A stretch of 64,000 nt of DNA from Cetorhinus maximus (taxonomy: Eukaryota), in assembly GCF_964194155.1 (NCBI RefSeq), contig NC_135892.1, positions 11,284,001 to 11,348,000 of the forward strand, in the 5' to 3' direction. How positions within the stretch are numbered: position 1 is the first letter of the stretch; each line of letters starts with the position of its first letter. The translations under genes and the position numbers were made by a program. Below the pieces are notes generated by a model. It was given only the letters and a program-made list of their open reading frames with translations. It ran no database searches and was not told where the DNA came from. This document shows positions 37,995 to 51,305 of the stretch, piece by piece.

Positions 37995-40654
37995 TTTACA
38001 AGAAATCACTGCGGTAATAGGCAGCATTTGTCTTCAAGTATAATGTTTGAGAACTTATAACTTTTCAAAGGTCTTTTTTTTTTAAGCACCTAGGTCTTTT
38101 GTAAGTAGTTGTTCCCATTTCCGAGGTTGTGCGTTTTTATTTTAAAAGAAAGTGGTTTTTGATGTAATTTGAATACTACAGTACATTCTAGCCCTGCTTA
38201 ACAGACAGGCTGGGAAGCGTGTGCTTCCTCTGTTCTAACTTAAATCACTATATAACCAGCATGTGATGCCAGACCCAAAAACTCAGTACAAACAGGTTCC
38301 ACTACATTGACCTCAGTAACATAAACTGCGCTCTGTACAATAGTGTCATGAGGATATAGCTACACACCATTTTATGTAGACCTGAACAGAATGGTTTCAT
38401 TATTAAGTAGTTTAAAAAAAAATTGATACCCATTTATTCATTTTCAGTAGTTGGGAACCAGGCACAAAAGTTTTTTTTTTGGTAACTGTTTACATAGTTA
38501 CCAGTTGGGTGAATCAATGAAAGGGCCCTTCGACATAACTGGCGACCACCAGCACCATGGCAAAGCAGACATGCCGCAAGGAAGGCGGTGCCAACTGGCA
38601 TCCCAATCACCCAGAGAGTGGTCACTGGTTCTGCAGGAAGAAGGGGCTGAGGCCAAGAAGCTGTTCAGTAACTGAACAGGCCTTTACGATCAGGAGGAAA
38701 CTGAATACAGGCAACCTGGTCATTTTAAAGGGATGAAACAAATGAATGTGATTGAATATTGGGGAAATCGATCTTGCCAAAATATACAGACAATATCTTG
38801 GGGGTGTATTTTGTGGCCTTATTTTGGAGCGATCAGGAAAAAACAAACCTTTTCCCTTTGGTTCTTCGCCACATCACTGGGAATGTGGAAGCTTTATTTG
38901 CATTGTGTTTTCATGTTTGTAACGGTTTAGGGGCGAAAATCTTGCTTTGGGAGTGCCTCTCCTGATATTACATACATTTAAGTGGGAAACCTTGTTACGA
39001 TTTAATTACTAGGTTCCAGGAATGTATCTACTATTTAAAATGAGGTACTCCTGTAAGTGAATTGATTACAGTCTATTCCAAATGATTGCCGTAGCTCAGC
39101 TCATGCTGAAGAAGAGCCTGCTGCAAGCCTACTTTCCTTTGCTGTTTAAAATACCATGAAGTTGGCACTGGCCAATTGACCATCCTGATGCCCACTTTTG
39201 CTGCTTTGTGTTTTCACTGGTAACTTGTAAAGTTGACTTTATTGTGTTTGGTGAAGTGAAGTTCACAATGACTACCATTCATTGATGTGACTGTAAAAAG
39301 AATTAAGCCTGAAAGAAATTCAGTTCTCTCCTAGTCTCTTTTAAAATGCCAACTTGGGGAGAAGCAAAGCTGAGCATTTGAAAATGTTTGACTCTTCAAG
39401 CAGTGCAATCTTAATGATGCCAAATGTCATTTTGAGTAAATGATCGGTGTCAGTCAAATTGGTAGTGTCCTGCATACCTGCAATGGTATACCTTCGATGT
39501 AAGCAAATATTCTGAACTGTTACATTATACGTAAGTAAATTTTCATTTTAAATACACACTTATATACACACAACTTTTGTAGTCATCGGTGTTGTGACCT
39601 CAGAAGTTTTGCTTTAGTATTTGTTTTCATTCTACACTTAAATGTTTTTGTTGGCATTTTCCTAACTCTCTAGTTTATAGAGTAGATTTAATCTTTCCTA
39701 GAAAAGGGCTTACTTAAGGTTTGAAAATGGTGTAGAATAATAAGCTGAAAGTCAGCAAGTGTTTACATGAATTTATTGGTGTTTGTACATAATGCTTCCT
39801 GTATGTGACACTTTACTGTAAATTAAAACAAACTCAGCTTCATGTATTGATTTTTTAAGCTTCAGAAAGTTTAAAAAAGATTTGAACCAATGGACAGTGT
39901 GATGCTGTGCTCCCTATTTTCTTGCTGTGGCCAATCTCACGAGTTTCAATGCTGCACAGCCATTTTACAGGATAATCCAATCGCACCTTCATCCATTTTG
40001 TTTTCAGCACAGGGGCCTGCTCAGTCCAACATTGCACCTGTGTGTTTTTATAAACATTTTCCTGCAGTGAGTGGAATTTGTGATCTGATAACCAGAATGG
40101 AACATATGGTGGAAAGGAACACCAAGAATCAAAAGTACACTATGCTGCATCTCTTCCAAACAAAACCTGTAATCATTTTTCATCCAGAATAATCACTTAC
40201 AGCAGCATTAAAATTTGCCCATAGTTTGTTTTCCTGAGCGTTTTGTTGTTCCCTAGTTAAGGTTCAGCTTGCCTCCTAAAAGTATTAAAACGTATATAGA
40301 ACATGATGTACAGCACATTGAAATACTGTGAATGTCATTCAGGTGTATAGGGGTGAAATGTCGCAGAATCTTACATCATAAAGCAAAAGTATTTTGGCAG
40401 AGAAAAAAAACAAAGTTGAAAGATACATTCGCTGAACCCAATTTGTACTTTTGATGCTGGAAATTCTTTGCAAATTTTCCTCGCAATTGTGCAGAAAAAT
40501 GCATCAGCGCAGCAAAGATTTGACCCAGAGGGTAATTGAGAAATTGCAGTGTTACTAAAGGCGTTTGGATTACTTTCATTTTGTACACGTGGAAAGGAGC
40601 GTTTCTTGGAGTGCGCAAATGTTTAACTAAGTATATCTTTTATGAAAAGGAGGC

Positions 40655-41005
40655 CTTGTATTTACATAGCGCTGTTCACCAACCCCATGATGTCCCAAAG
40701 TGCTTCCCAGCCAATGAAGCATTTCAGAAATGTAGTCACTGTTGTAATGTAGGAAGTGTAGCAGCCAATTTGCTGACAAAGTTCTCAAAAACAGCAATGC
40801 AATCACCAGATGCACAAAAGCAATATTTGAGGGATAAAGGGCAAACTCCCCTGCTCTTCAAAGTTGTGCCATGGGAGAGTTCACATGTGCCTAAGAGCAC
40901 AGATGGAGTCTTGGTTTAATGTCTCATCTGAGAAATGGCACCTCCAACAGAGTGGCGTTCCCTCAGTGCCGTCTTGGATCGCCAGCCTAGAATTTTGTGT
41001 CATGG
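40655..41005 (-). mobile_element. DeuSINE, reverse; others at ~21985-22375, 31105-31320, 43480-43680
   Basis: CAGCCAATGAAG...TGTAGTCACTGTTGTAATGTAGGAA and GGTTTAATGTCTCATCTGA. Confidence 0.7.
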
Positions 41006-41164
41006 AGTGCTGAAATTATTGTCAAACACACCTGAAGCTGCACTCGTCACAATAAGCTGTCAGACAATGGGCCAGGTTTATTGTGACATGTGCAAAATGT
41101 CATTTTAGCTCACAAATCTAAATTTTTTTCCCCCTCTCATTCATAAGTGATATTTTGGGGTATT

Positions 41165-41575
41165 TTCAACCTAATGTACCACTCTCATTTTCTCAGACAT
41201 CAATTTGATTCAGCTGTTGCCATTCACACTCCTCCTCTAGACCCATCTTTTGTTTCTTTACCATCCCATTATCATCTCCTTTTGCCTAGCACCATCATCC
41301 CCTTTGTCATTTAATCTTGTCTCCCACCCTATCACTGACTTTCCCTTTTATTCTTTTTAATCTCTAACTTTCCCCCCACCCCTCTGCCCCCACTTTCCCT
41401 GCCTTGCTTAAAAGACCCATCACATCTGAAACTTTGTCCAGTCCCGATGAAAGGCCATTGATCTGAAAGGTTAACTCGGGTTTGTCTTTCAACAGAAGCT
41501 GAATGACCTGCTGAGTGTTTCCAGAATTTTCTCTTTTCAATTTCAGATTTCCAGCGCCTGCAGCATTTTGATTTG
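41165..41575 (+). mobile_element. Penelope family-2 3' remnant
   Basis: Same pyrimidine-rich body and tail as 29080-29410; degenerate core CCGATGA...GAAAGGTTAAC at ~41440-41477. Confidence 0.6.
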
Positions 41576-44500
41576 GATCCTCCAAGCATTGTTTTGGTTT
41601 AAACCGTAATCTCTTTGCTCCTACTTTCCACTGTCAGCTCTTGTCTACGTTAATTGACTTGCAATACACACCCACCACATGTCGTTTACAGTACGATAGT
41701 TGGGAGTTTTGTGCTGTTAGCCGCACAGCTTGATTTGTTTTAAGACTCTGTTGAGGTGCTGTAATACTCAATAATTTCGCTGACCACAAAACCAACCTCA
41801 CTTGGGGAGTGTTCAATGCCATCACTTATATGTAACACGGAAAGTCTGTGCCAAATATCACCCTCGTGAGTGTGAAGCACATTCAATTGAAATTGTATTG
41901 TCTATTCAGAAATTAATTGTGGGTAAATTGTTCATTAAAAATCACATAGAAATAAAAACGATCATATCTCACAAAAGAAACATTAAAAACTGATGTAAAT
42001 CTTGAAGAAAATAAACAATGTAAAATCTCATGTTGCTGCAGTGCAGCACCATCTTAAACCACCACGTTTTAATTTGTACTTGAGTAGAAGATATCCCTTC
42101 TTGTTTTCAATTCATCAGTTTTCTAGTTATCTCAATGGCTGTTCTCAGCAACGCACTGTGCATGTTGAATGGCTAATACAGGAAGGGAATCTGCTGCTAC
42201 AGATTAACTGCTGTGGCACTTAGAGAATCAGAGTTCAGGTGTGAACATGATGGGTTTGCACTAATGCATTTATGGAAAGAAAATGCAAACAGCCAGTTCA
42301 CTGCTCTCGGTGTATTGTTTCATGAGGAATGTGGGGGCAGAACCTGTGTCATACGCATGTTAAACTTGCACAGACAACTTGGGGGCAGGCAAGCAAAATG
42401 GCAGAAGGGGGAAGGATGGGCAGAGAGAAAAATCCACATAAATCAGCAAATGCGTTTGCTGGGAATGTTAATGATATCTTGTCACACACCATTTCCTTTT
42501 AGCGGGTAAGGTGAATGCTTTGGAAATATTTGTAGCAATCAGTGACCTTTTTAAAGCCCGCTTATGATCGATGGGGGCACATTCAGCGGCAGTGATGGAA
42601 TTGCTCTATGGCCTAAGGTAAACTGTGTGTGAAAACGTGAACGGAAACAATGTTTAAAAATGTGGGGGAAGAAAAATTAGAGTAGAAGTCTCAAAACTCT
42701 CCCATCCTCCACTGCCCCTACCACACAATCCCAAGGTGTAATCCTTTTATTCCAAAGGAGCCCCTGATTTTCATTGTTACCAGTAGACTGCTTCCAAGCC
42801 CAATCTTAAAATCTTTGGATTTTGTAATATTAAAGCATGAATAATTCAGCATTAATGGGCAACTGAATATTGATTAGCTAAGACATGGATAACTGGATGA
42901 CTCAAGGACATAAATTTCAACTTGAGTTTAGTGGCAAGATGATGCACTTGGACTCATTATTTAATTGTCCTTAAAGGTTCTACACTTTAGTTATTTGAAG
43001 TGTATTTTATTTAACTTGCTAGTTAACCCTCTCCACCCCAACAGTTTGCACAGACCTCTCCACCTGTTAATGACCTGGGAATGAAATGCTCCATGGATTT
43101 GGTGCGATCATTGATTCATAATTTGTAAGAGTAGAAAAGAAGTGGGACTCAACAGAGGCCTAAACAAGCAAACACTGAATGCTCAGGCCAGATGAACAAG
43201 GTCGATTTTTTATAATTAAATAGAAATGAAAGAATAATGGCAACTAAATGAATGACTTCAACATTTGTTGTTGATTTCTCTTTGGAACTGAAGGGAAGGT
43301 GCAGTCATCTCACAGAGCAGCGGGAGGGATGTAGCTGTTGGCTACTCCATTTGTGAAGTGGTAAAGGAAGCACTGGGCAGCACCCCCATTTCCTGTTCGC
43401 CCTCACCCCAGGATTCAAGCTGGAAATCCTACTTGTGAAGATCAGGGACCCCGGCCACAATAATGACACTACCTAAAAACCATATTTATATAGCGCCTTT
43501 CACAACCTCAAGCTGTTCCAAAGCGCTTTACAGCCAATGAAATACTTCTGGAGTGTCGTCACCTGATGTAGCGCAGGGGAATACGGGAGCCAGTTTGCAC
43601 ACAGCAAACTCCTATAAACAACAATGGGATAAATGACCAGATCATCTGTTTTAATGACAGTTGAAGAATGAATATTGGTTTATTACACTGCCTGGGTTCA
43701 CAGATTAACCAAGCTGACCCCAGAAGTGCGACTGGGTGAGCTGCACGATAACTCATGGTACACGATGACTCTTTCACAGTGAAGAAGAGCTGATTGTAAA
43801 TTGTAGATATGCTTAGCACAGTGAATTTCTGGAAGATGTAACTGGCTCCTCAGACCTGAGGAATGCTGTGAGTGAAGCCACTGAGTTGGCAATGGCCCAG
43901 GCATAAATAAAGAGCACTTTAGAGTGGGTATAGGAACCCAGCTTAAGCACGTGGAACAACAGCAATGGATCAGTCAATATCTTTGGGAAGGGAGGGTAAA
44001 ATGTGAGCACCATATAAGAAAGGAATGGGAGCAGTAGACTGTACAGCCTGTCAAGCCGACTCTGACATTCACTGAGGTCATGGCTGATCTGCCTCAACGC
44101 CACTTTCCCACCCACTCTCCATTGATCCCCTGAGAAACCTAACCCAAACCTTTCTCCCCTTTCCTGAAGAACTAGGATATTAAACAGAGCGTTATTGATT
44201 GAGGCAGCAGGAATAAAATTTAGTATGGATTTACATAGAATATACAGCAGAGACAGGCCATTTGGCCCAGCTAGTCCATGTTGGCATTTATACTCTACTT
44301 GAAAATCCCCTTCCAACTATATCAGCATATGAACATATGAAATAGGAGCAGGAGTAGGCCACTTGGCCCCTCGAGCCTGCTCCGCCATTCATTAAGATCA
44401 TGGCTGATCTGTTTGTATTTCAAATCCCACATTCTGATCTACCCTGATAACCTTTGATTCCCTTGCCTAACAAGGACCTATCTACATCCATCTTAAAATT

Positions 44501-45269
44501 ACTCAATGACCCCACCTCTACTGCCTTCTGCTATTCTCTTCTCCCTCATGTGCTTATCCAGTCTCCCCTTAAATACATCTTTACTGCTCAACTCCAATAC
44601 CCACTGTGGGTTCACTTTGTGTCTGTGCCTCTTCTGCATTGCTTGAATGCTTCATTACCTGCCCAATCTGTAGGTAAACAGCAGTGAGAGGATCAAATAG
44701 AGAAGCCCTAATGTTATACACAGGGATGTAATGCATGTCATTATGTGACTCCCTTCCATTTTGTTAAGCAGACTGAATTTACATTCAGGCTAAAAACCAA
44801 CAGAGAATTTATTGAGATAAAACAGGTAGTTCAATAGTAATCAATAGAAATCAATGTCATTCACAAGCATCCTTTGTGATAAATATGTCAAAATGCAACA
44901 CAGCTGCATCCAAAAACACATTTGAACCGTGAAAATTATTTCCATAAATGCAGTTAGCTATTTTAATGTTTTGATTTAAACTAGTTTTAACATGTCAACC
45001 ATGCCTCAGTTAGTAGCATTTTTACCTCTGGGTCAGAGGGTCTCTAGTTCAAGTCCCACTCCAGAGACTTGACCTCAAGAATCCAGGCTGACGCTCCCAG
45101 ACCAACCTGTCCGAGGTTCTGTTCAGATGCTAAGTTAAACCATGGCCCTGTCTGCTCTCTCAGGATGAAGAAACTCTGTGACATTATTTATCCCTCAATC
45201 AACATAGCAAAAACAGTTTATCTGGCTGTTATCACATTGTTGGTTGTGGGAGCTGTCTTTGTGCAAATT

Positions 45270-45800
45270 CACAGAATTATTACAGCACAGAAGGAAACCA
45301 TTTGGCCCATTGTGTCTGTGCTGGCTCTCTGAATGAGCAAAGCACTTATTGCCAATCCCCCACCTTCTCCATGTAATCCTGCACATTCTTCCTTTTCAGA
45401 TGACAATCTAGTCTCCTCTTGAACACCTCGACTAAACCTGCCTCCACCACACAGGCAGCACGTTCCAGACCCTAACCACTCACTGCGTGAAAAAGTTTCT
45501 CCTCATGTCTTCCTTTTCCAATTACCTTAAATGTGTTCCTGCTCAGTCTTGATCCTTCCACCCATGGGAACAGTTTTTCCCTATTTACTCGGTCCATGCC
45601 CGTCATGATCTTGGATACTTCCATCAAATCGCAGAATTATTACAGTGCCGAATCTCAATCTTCTCCAAGGAAAATAGTGCTAACTTCTCCAATCTATCTA
45701 CGTAACTGGAGAACCATTCCTGGAAGCATTCTCGTGAATCTTTTCTGCAATCTCTCTCCAATGCCTTCCCACCTCTCCTAAAGTGTGGTGCCCAGAATTA
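45270..45800 (-). mobile_element. CR1 3' part inserted in a DeuSINE (~44994-45895)
   Basis: ACAGCACAGAAGGAAACCATTTGGCCC tail; the SINE resumes at ~45815. Confidence 0.7.
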
Positions 45801-47014
45801 GATGCATTACTCCAGTTGCTGTATTCCCAATGTTACAACGGTGACTATACTTTAAAAAGTACTTCATTCGCTGTAAAGTATTTTGGAACGCTCTGACTGT
45901 TAGCACAAGACCAATGACTTTGCGAGGCCTCTCTTCCGTCCGTTGACTGTAGCTTGCTGATTTAAGTGCAGGTAGCCCAATATAAATGGGCAAATAGAGC
46001 CTTTGATCACAGAGTTGTCCATCGCTGGAGGACTGCAGTCAATCATTGGCTCTCACTCCTCTCACAAGTGGCACAGACACAACTGCAACGCAAAGCCATC
46101 TCCGTGCTGGTCTGATTCTATGAGGCGCTCGTTTTAAGATATTGTGAAGATATAATTCGGAAAACAAAAAGCTTTGGACAGTGTACTACCCTTTCAAACA
46201 AAGCTTTCAAAAGGTGCTCAGGAAAGAACCATCCGGTGGAATCTCTGGTAGAATAATTCAGGTGCCGGCAGCTGGGTACTGATGAGAATCTGCTTTCAAA
46301 CAAATCAGTTCATTAACCTCCTTTTTGTTCAAAGAAACCAAACTCAGGCGCACATTAATTCAACTGCTGTCCAGAACAAAATGTATAATTTTGTACCTTG
46401 CAGAACTAGTTGATAGAAACCATATTGGTAATGTTGATAATAGCAACAACGGATATATTGTTACGATTTCTCCTTTTTCTATATTTCCCAGGAAGATAGG
46501 AACATGCATCAGGCCATTCAGGAGAAAATTTAAGAAACACTTCTTCATGGGAAAGAGTGGTAGAAGTGTGGAACACGTTCCCACACTGTAGTGTTCAATG
46601 GTTTGATTGATCAGTGTTTGATTACTTGAGTCTGATAACTAATTTACATTCACTGTGCTTGATCGGTTAAGCCTGGCTGTGGACTCAGAGCAAAATAAAC
46701 AGACACCACAGAAGCTACTAGAAGCTGAGCTGCAAGCATGACTGCTGACATTTTGTGATTGCAGAGATATTTTAAAACTCTTGTAAATAATCCTGTTGCA
46801 CACTTAGAAACTAGTGTCATCTCTGCATTGCTCTGAGATGTATAAAATATACAACAGGTGCTAGCTTTAACATATGAGATCGGTAGATTTTTGCTAGCCA
46901 AGGACATTCAGGGGTATGAAGCCAAGGCGGGTGGATGGAGTTAGGATGCAGATCAGCCATGATCTCCTAGAATGGTGGGCGGAACAAGCTCAAGGGGCTG
47001 AATGGCCTACCACA

Positions 47015-47515
47015 AACAGAACATGCAGAAAATCCTCAGCAGGCCTGACAGGATCTGCAGGGGAGAGAAACAGGGTTAACGCCTCAGGTTGATGAACTTT
47101 GGTCAGAACTGGGGAAAGATTGAAAATTAACGGGTTTTAAGCAAGTCAAGAGGCAGGGGTATGGTACAGGCAGGGAAGGAAGAACAAAGCACAAGGTCTG
47201 TGATGGCAGGAGATAGCAAATGACAAAAAGGATAGCAAGGCAAAAGGACATGGCAATAGACAATTAAAGAAACAAAAGATGGGTCTTGGGGAGGTATAAA
47301 TGGCAACAGCAGAATCATTAACAGCACTAGCTGCGTGAGAAATCGGGAGCAGTGGCTGTGATCGGAAACTGTTGAACCCAGTGTTGAAGCTGGAAGGTTG
47401 TAGTGTGTCTAATCAATGGATGGGGGCGCTGTTCCCCGAGCTTCACTTGAGCTTCGTTGGAACAATGTTGGAGGCCGAGGACAGAGAGGTCAGAGTGGGC
47501 GTTGGATGGAGAATT
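47015..47515 (-). mobile_element. Penelope-like element: ORF C-terminus plus terminal repeat
   Basis: Minus strand 47514-47362 reads NSPSNAHSDLSVLGLQHCSNEAQVKLGEQ, then frameshift, LDTLQPSSFNTGFNSFR, resembling the Penelope GIY-YIG endonuclease C-terminus (recalled pattern E...I..L.TL.P.GLN); family-2 tail follows. Confidence 0.7.
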
Positions 47516-47571
47516 GCAACCCTATGAACTTGTAATAAATGTCGGTTAAATCATTTTGGATATTATACAGA

Positions 47572-47962
47572 GGGAGGTGGTGGCATAGTGGTATTGTCAG
47601 TGTACGAGTAACCCAGAGGCCCAGGCTAATGCTCTGGGGACATGGGTTCAAATCCCTCCACGGCAGTTGGTGGAATTTAAAGTCAATTAATAAATTTGGA
47701 ACATAAAGCTAGTCTCAGTGATGGAGACAGTGAAACTATCATCAATTGTTATAAAAAACTCACCTGGTTCACTAAGGGGAAGGAAATCTGCCATCCTTAC
47801 CTGGTCTGGCCTACATGTGACTCCAGACCCACAACCATGTCGTTGACTCTTAACTGCCCTCTGAAATGGCCTGGCAAGTCATTCAGTTCAAGAGCAATTA
47901 GGGATGGGCAACAAATGCTGGCCTTGCCAGCAAAGCCCACACTCCACCCAAGAAAAAATAAA
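47572..47962 (+). mobile_element. tRNA-derived SINE with a LINE-type tail
   Basis: GGTGGCATAGTGG / GGGTTCAAATCCC boxes; tail GCAATTAGGGATGGGCAACAAATGCTGGCC shared with the 27630/50525 family. Confidence 0.75.
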
Positions 47963-48306
47963 AATAACATAATACACATTCTGACATATCTGTGTATTAT
48001 AATATGCACATGACTCACCTGATGTTGTGGTCGAAGATAAAGAACTTCAGAAACGTTGAGCTTTTAAACATAAACAGTAACTGGATGTTGAGAAAGTTGT
48101 CTGTAAAACTGATGTCTAACTGAGGCAAGCTGACAGGTTGGTATCCGTCAGTTACTTTACAACTGGATTTTTGCTCAAGTTTGAGAAGTAAGTAGAATCG
48201 ATAGTTGATAGAATTGAACCGAGTGTCAGCTAGAACGGGCTTAAAGAACAGCAGAAATGTTAAATCCTTTATTTTATTTCTTATTATTTTTTATCCAAAG
48301 GTCAGG

Positions 48307-48745
48307 TGTCAACCAAGGTTCAGTTGGTAGCACTCTCACCTCTAAGTCAGAACATTGCAGGTTACTCGAGGACTTGAGCTGACACCCCAGTGCGGTACTG
48401 ATGGTGTGCTGCACTGTTGGAGGTGCCGTATTTTAGATGAGATGTTAAACGGAGACCTTGTCTTTCCTCTCAGGTGTACATAAAAGATCCCATGGTACTA
48501 TTTTGAAGAGGGGAAGGAGGGGGTTCTCCCCAGTGTCCTGGCCAATATTTATCCCTCAATCAACATCACAAAAACAGATTATCTGCTCATTATCATATTG
48601 CTGTGTGTGGGATCTTGCTGTGTGCAAATTGGCTGCTGCGTTTCCTACATTACAACAGTGACTACACTTCAAAGATGTACCTCATTGGCAGTAAAGTGCT
48701 TTGAGACTCCTGGTGGTTTTGAAAGGTGTTAAATTCAAGTTTTTC
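48307..48745 (+). mobile_element. Near full-length DeuSINE (SacSINE1-like)
   Basis: CAGTTGGTAGCACTCTCACCTC head, Deu-like core and CTCATTGGC..TAAAG tail. Confidence 0.8.
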
Positions 48746-49676
48746 TTTCCTTACATGCAGAATGATTAAATTCTGATCAGAAGGTAATAGCCTTCTCTTT
48801 AAAAAGGATATAGANNNNNNNNNNNNNNNNNNNNNNNNNNNNNNNNNNNNNNNNNNNNNNNNNNNNNNNNNNNNNNNNNNNNNNNNNNNNNNNNNNNNNN
48901 NNNNNNNNNNNNNNNNNNNNNNNNNNNNNNNNNNNNNNNNNNNNNNNNNNNNNNNNNNNNNNNNNNNNNNNNNNNNNNNNNNNNNNNNNNNNNNNNNNNN
49001 NNNNNNNNNNNNNNNNNNNNNNNNNNNNNNNNNNNNNNNNNNNNNNNNNNNNNNNNNNNNNNNNNNNNNNNNNNNNNNNNNNNNNNNNNNNNNNNNNNNN
49101 NNNNNNNNNNNNNNNNNNNNNNNNNNNNNNNNNNNNNNNNNNNNNNNNNNNNNNNNNNNNNNNNNNNNNNNNNNNNNNNNNNNNNNNNNNNNNNNNNNNN
49201 NNNNNNNNNNNNNNNNNNNNNNNNNNNNNNNNNNNNNNNNNNNNNNNNNNNNNNNNNNNNNNNNNNNNNNNNNNNNNNNNNNNNNNNNNNNNNNNNNNNN
49301 NNNNNNNNNNNNNNNNNNNNNNNNNNNNNNNNNNNNNNNNNNNNNNNNNNNNNNNNNNNNNNNNNNNNNNNNNNNNNNNNNNNNNNNNNNNNNNNNNNNN
49401 NNNNNNNNNNNNNNNNNNNNNNNNNNNNNNNNNNNNNNNNNNNNNNNNNNNNNNNNNNNNNNNNNNNNNNNNNNNNNNNNNNNNNNNNNNNNNNNNNNNN
49501 NNNNNNNNNNNNNNNNNNNNNNNNNNNNNNNNNNNNNNNNNNNNNNNNNNNNNNNNNNNNNNNNNNNNNNNNNNNNNNNNNNNNNNNNNNNNNNNNNNNN
49601 NNNNNNNNNNNNNNNNNNNNNNNNNNNNNNNNNNNNNNNNNNNNNNNNNNNNNNNNNNNNNNNNNNNNNNNNNNNN

Positions 49677-49766
49677 ACACACACGTATGCACACATACGC
49701 ACACATGCATACACACATATATGCACACATACACACACACACATACATGCGCACACATATACACAT
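49677..49766. repeat. (CA)n/(CATA)n-type microsatellite between N gaps (48815-49676 and 49767-49902)
   Basis: Directly visible. Confidence 0.9.
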
Positions 49767-51272
49767 NNNNNNNNNNNNNNNNNNNNNNNNNNNNNNNNNN
49801 NNNNNNNNNNNNNNNNNNNNNNNNNNNNNNNNNNNNNNNNNNNNNNNNNNNNNNNNNNNNNNNNNNNNNNNNNNNNNNNNNNNNNNNNNNNNNNNNNNNN
49901 NNAGCCGTGTTGCGATGGACACGGGTGGGCTGCTGCTCCTATAATGAAGGAAAAGAAAGATGGGGGAAGGAGCAGGTTTCAGTCCCGGCTGTTTTTATGC
50001 GCTTTTTTTGGGGCCCATTTCCAATGCTGCATTGGTGGAAACCTGGGAGAGAGTAACCTGATCTCGCAGCCACAGTCTGTACACAAACATGGGGAGGCCA
50101 TTATTAAAAAAAGGAGAAACAGGTTGAAATTCCTTCAACAATAAAGATTACCTACATAAGTACATGATCTAAACATGGCATTGCCTCTCCATCCAGCTGG
50201 CAGCAATTAAAGGCATTTATTCTTATCATCATCTGCACTTCTTTTTTAATATAAATGATCTTCAGGAGAAGCAACGGTATTGAACACTTACATTCCTATG
50301 GGTCTTGGCAGCCATGCACCTAATACTGAACACATGGAGCTGAATTCTGATTTATTACCTAAGGAAATCTTCTGCCTTGATTTGGAGTGATGACGTGAAG
50401 GATAATGCATGATGGAAGGTGTCTCATACAACTCTTTCCTGGGGCCATTTTTTACTGCACAGAAACAGGCCATTCAGCCCATCTGTCTCGTCCGCTCTTT
50501 TTGTGCTCCACACAGGAAATATATCGGCCGTTCCTTCACTTGTCACTGGTTCAAAGCCCTCGAGCTCCCTCCCTAACAGCACGGTGGGTGTGCCTACACC
50601 ACATGGACTGCGGCGGCTCAAGAAGGCAGCTCACCACCACCTTAAAAAGGGCAATTAGGGATGGGCGATGCATGCTGGCCCAGCCAGCGACGCCCACATC
50701 CTGCGAAATAATAAAACACAGGCCCCCTCCTCCCTCCTTAATACAAAAAGCAAAATACTGCAAATGACGGAAAGCCAAAGCGAAAGCAGAAGATGCCAAA
50801 AATACTCAGCAGGCCGGGCAGTTTCCCTGGAGAGAGGGTTAACGTTTCAGGTCAGTGACCTCTTACCTGACAATCGAGATCCTGGCTGAACTCTGTCCTG
50901 ATCCCAGTGACCTGCTTTGGCTCCCAATCCTTTAATGCCCTTCAATCCCCTGTGGTGCCCTTTGGATACAGAAAGCTTCCAATGAATGGTGCCCACCCCG
51001 TGGTCATGTTCCACGGTCATCAGAGTATCAAGCGGGCTCCGAATTCTCACACACCCTCTCTGCCAATGTTGCACCAGGATTGGCATCAACTCCCCATGTC
51101 ATTACAATTTGAAAGCTGTGATAACAATTGCCATTTGATTATTGGCTTGGCCAAAACAAATTTGCCTATGACTGTGATATGGACAGAAGGGTGACAATTT
51201 CTGGTGCAGTCAAGGTACATTCGCACAAAGAGAAAAGGTAGGGGAGGCAAAGCTAGAGTTCCCTGGATGACG

Positions 51273-51305
<33 letters not shown>

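Noticed and set aside
40350-40526. Possible small MITEs (also ~1831-1996 and ~59097-59542)
   Set aside because: Only short, imperfect inverted termini and no second copy in the window.
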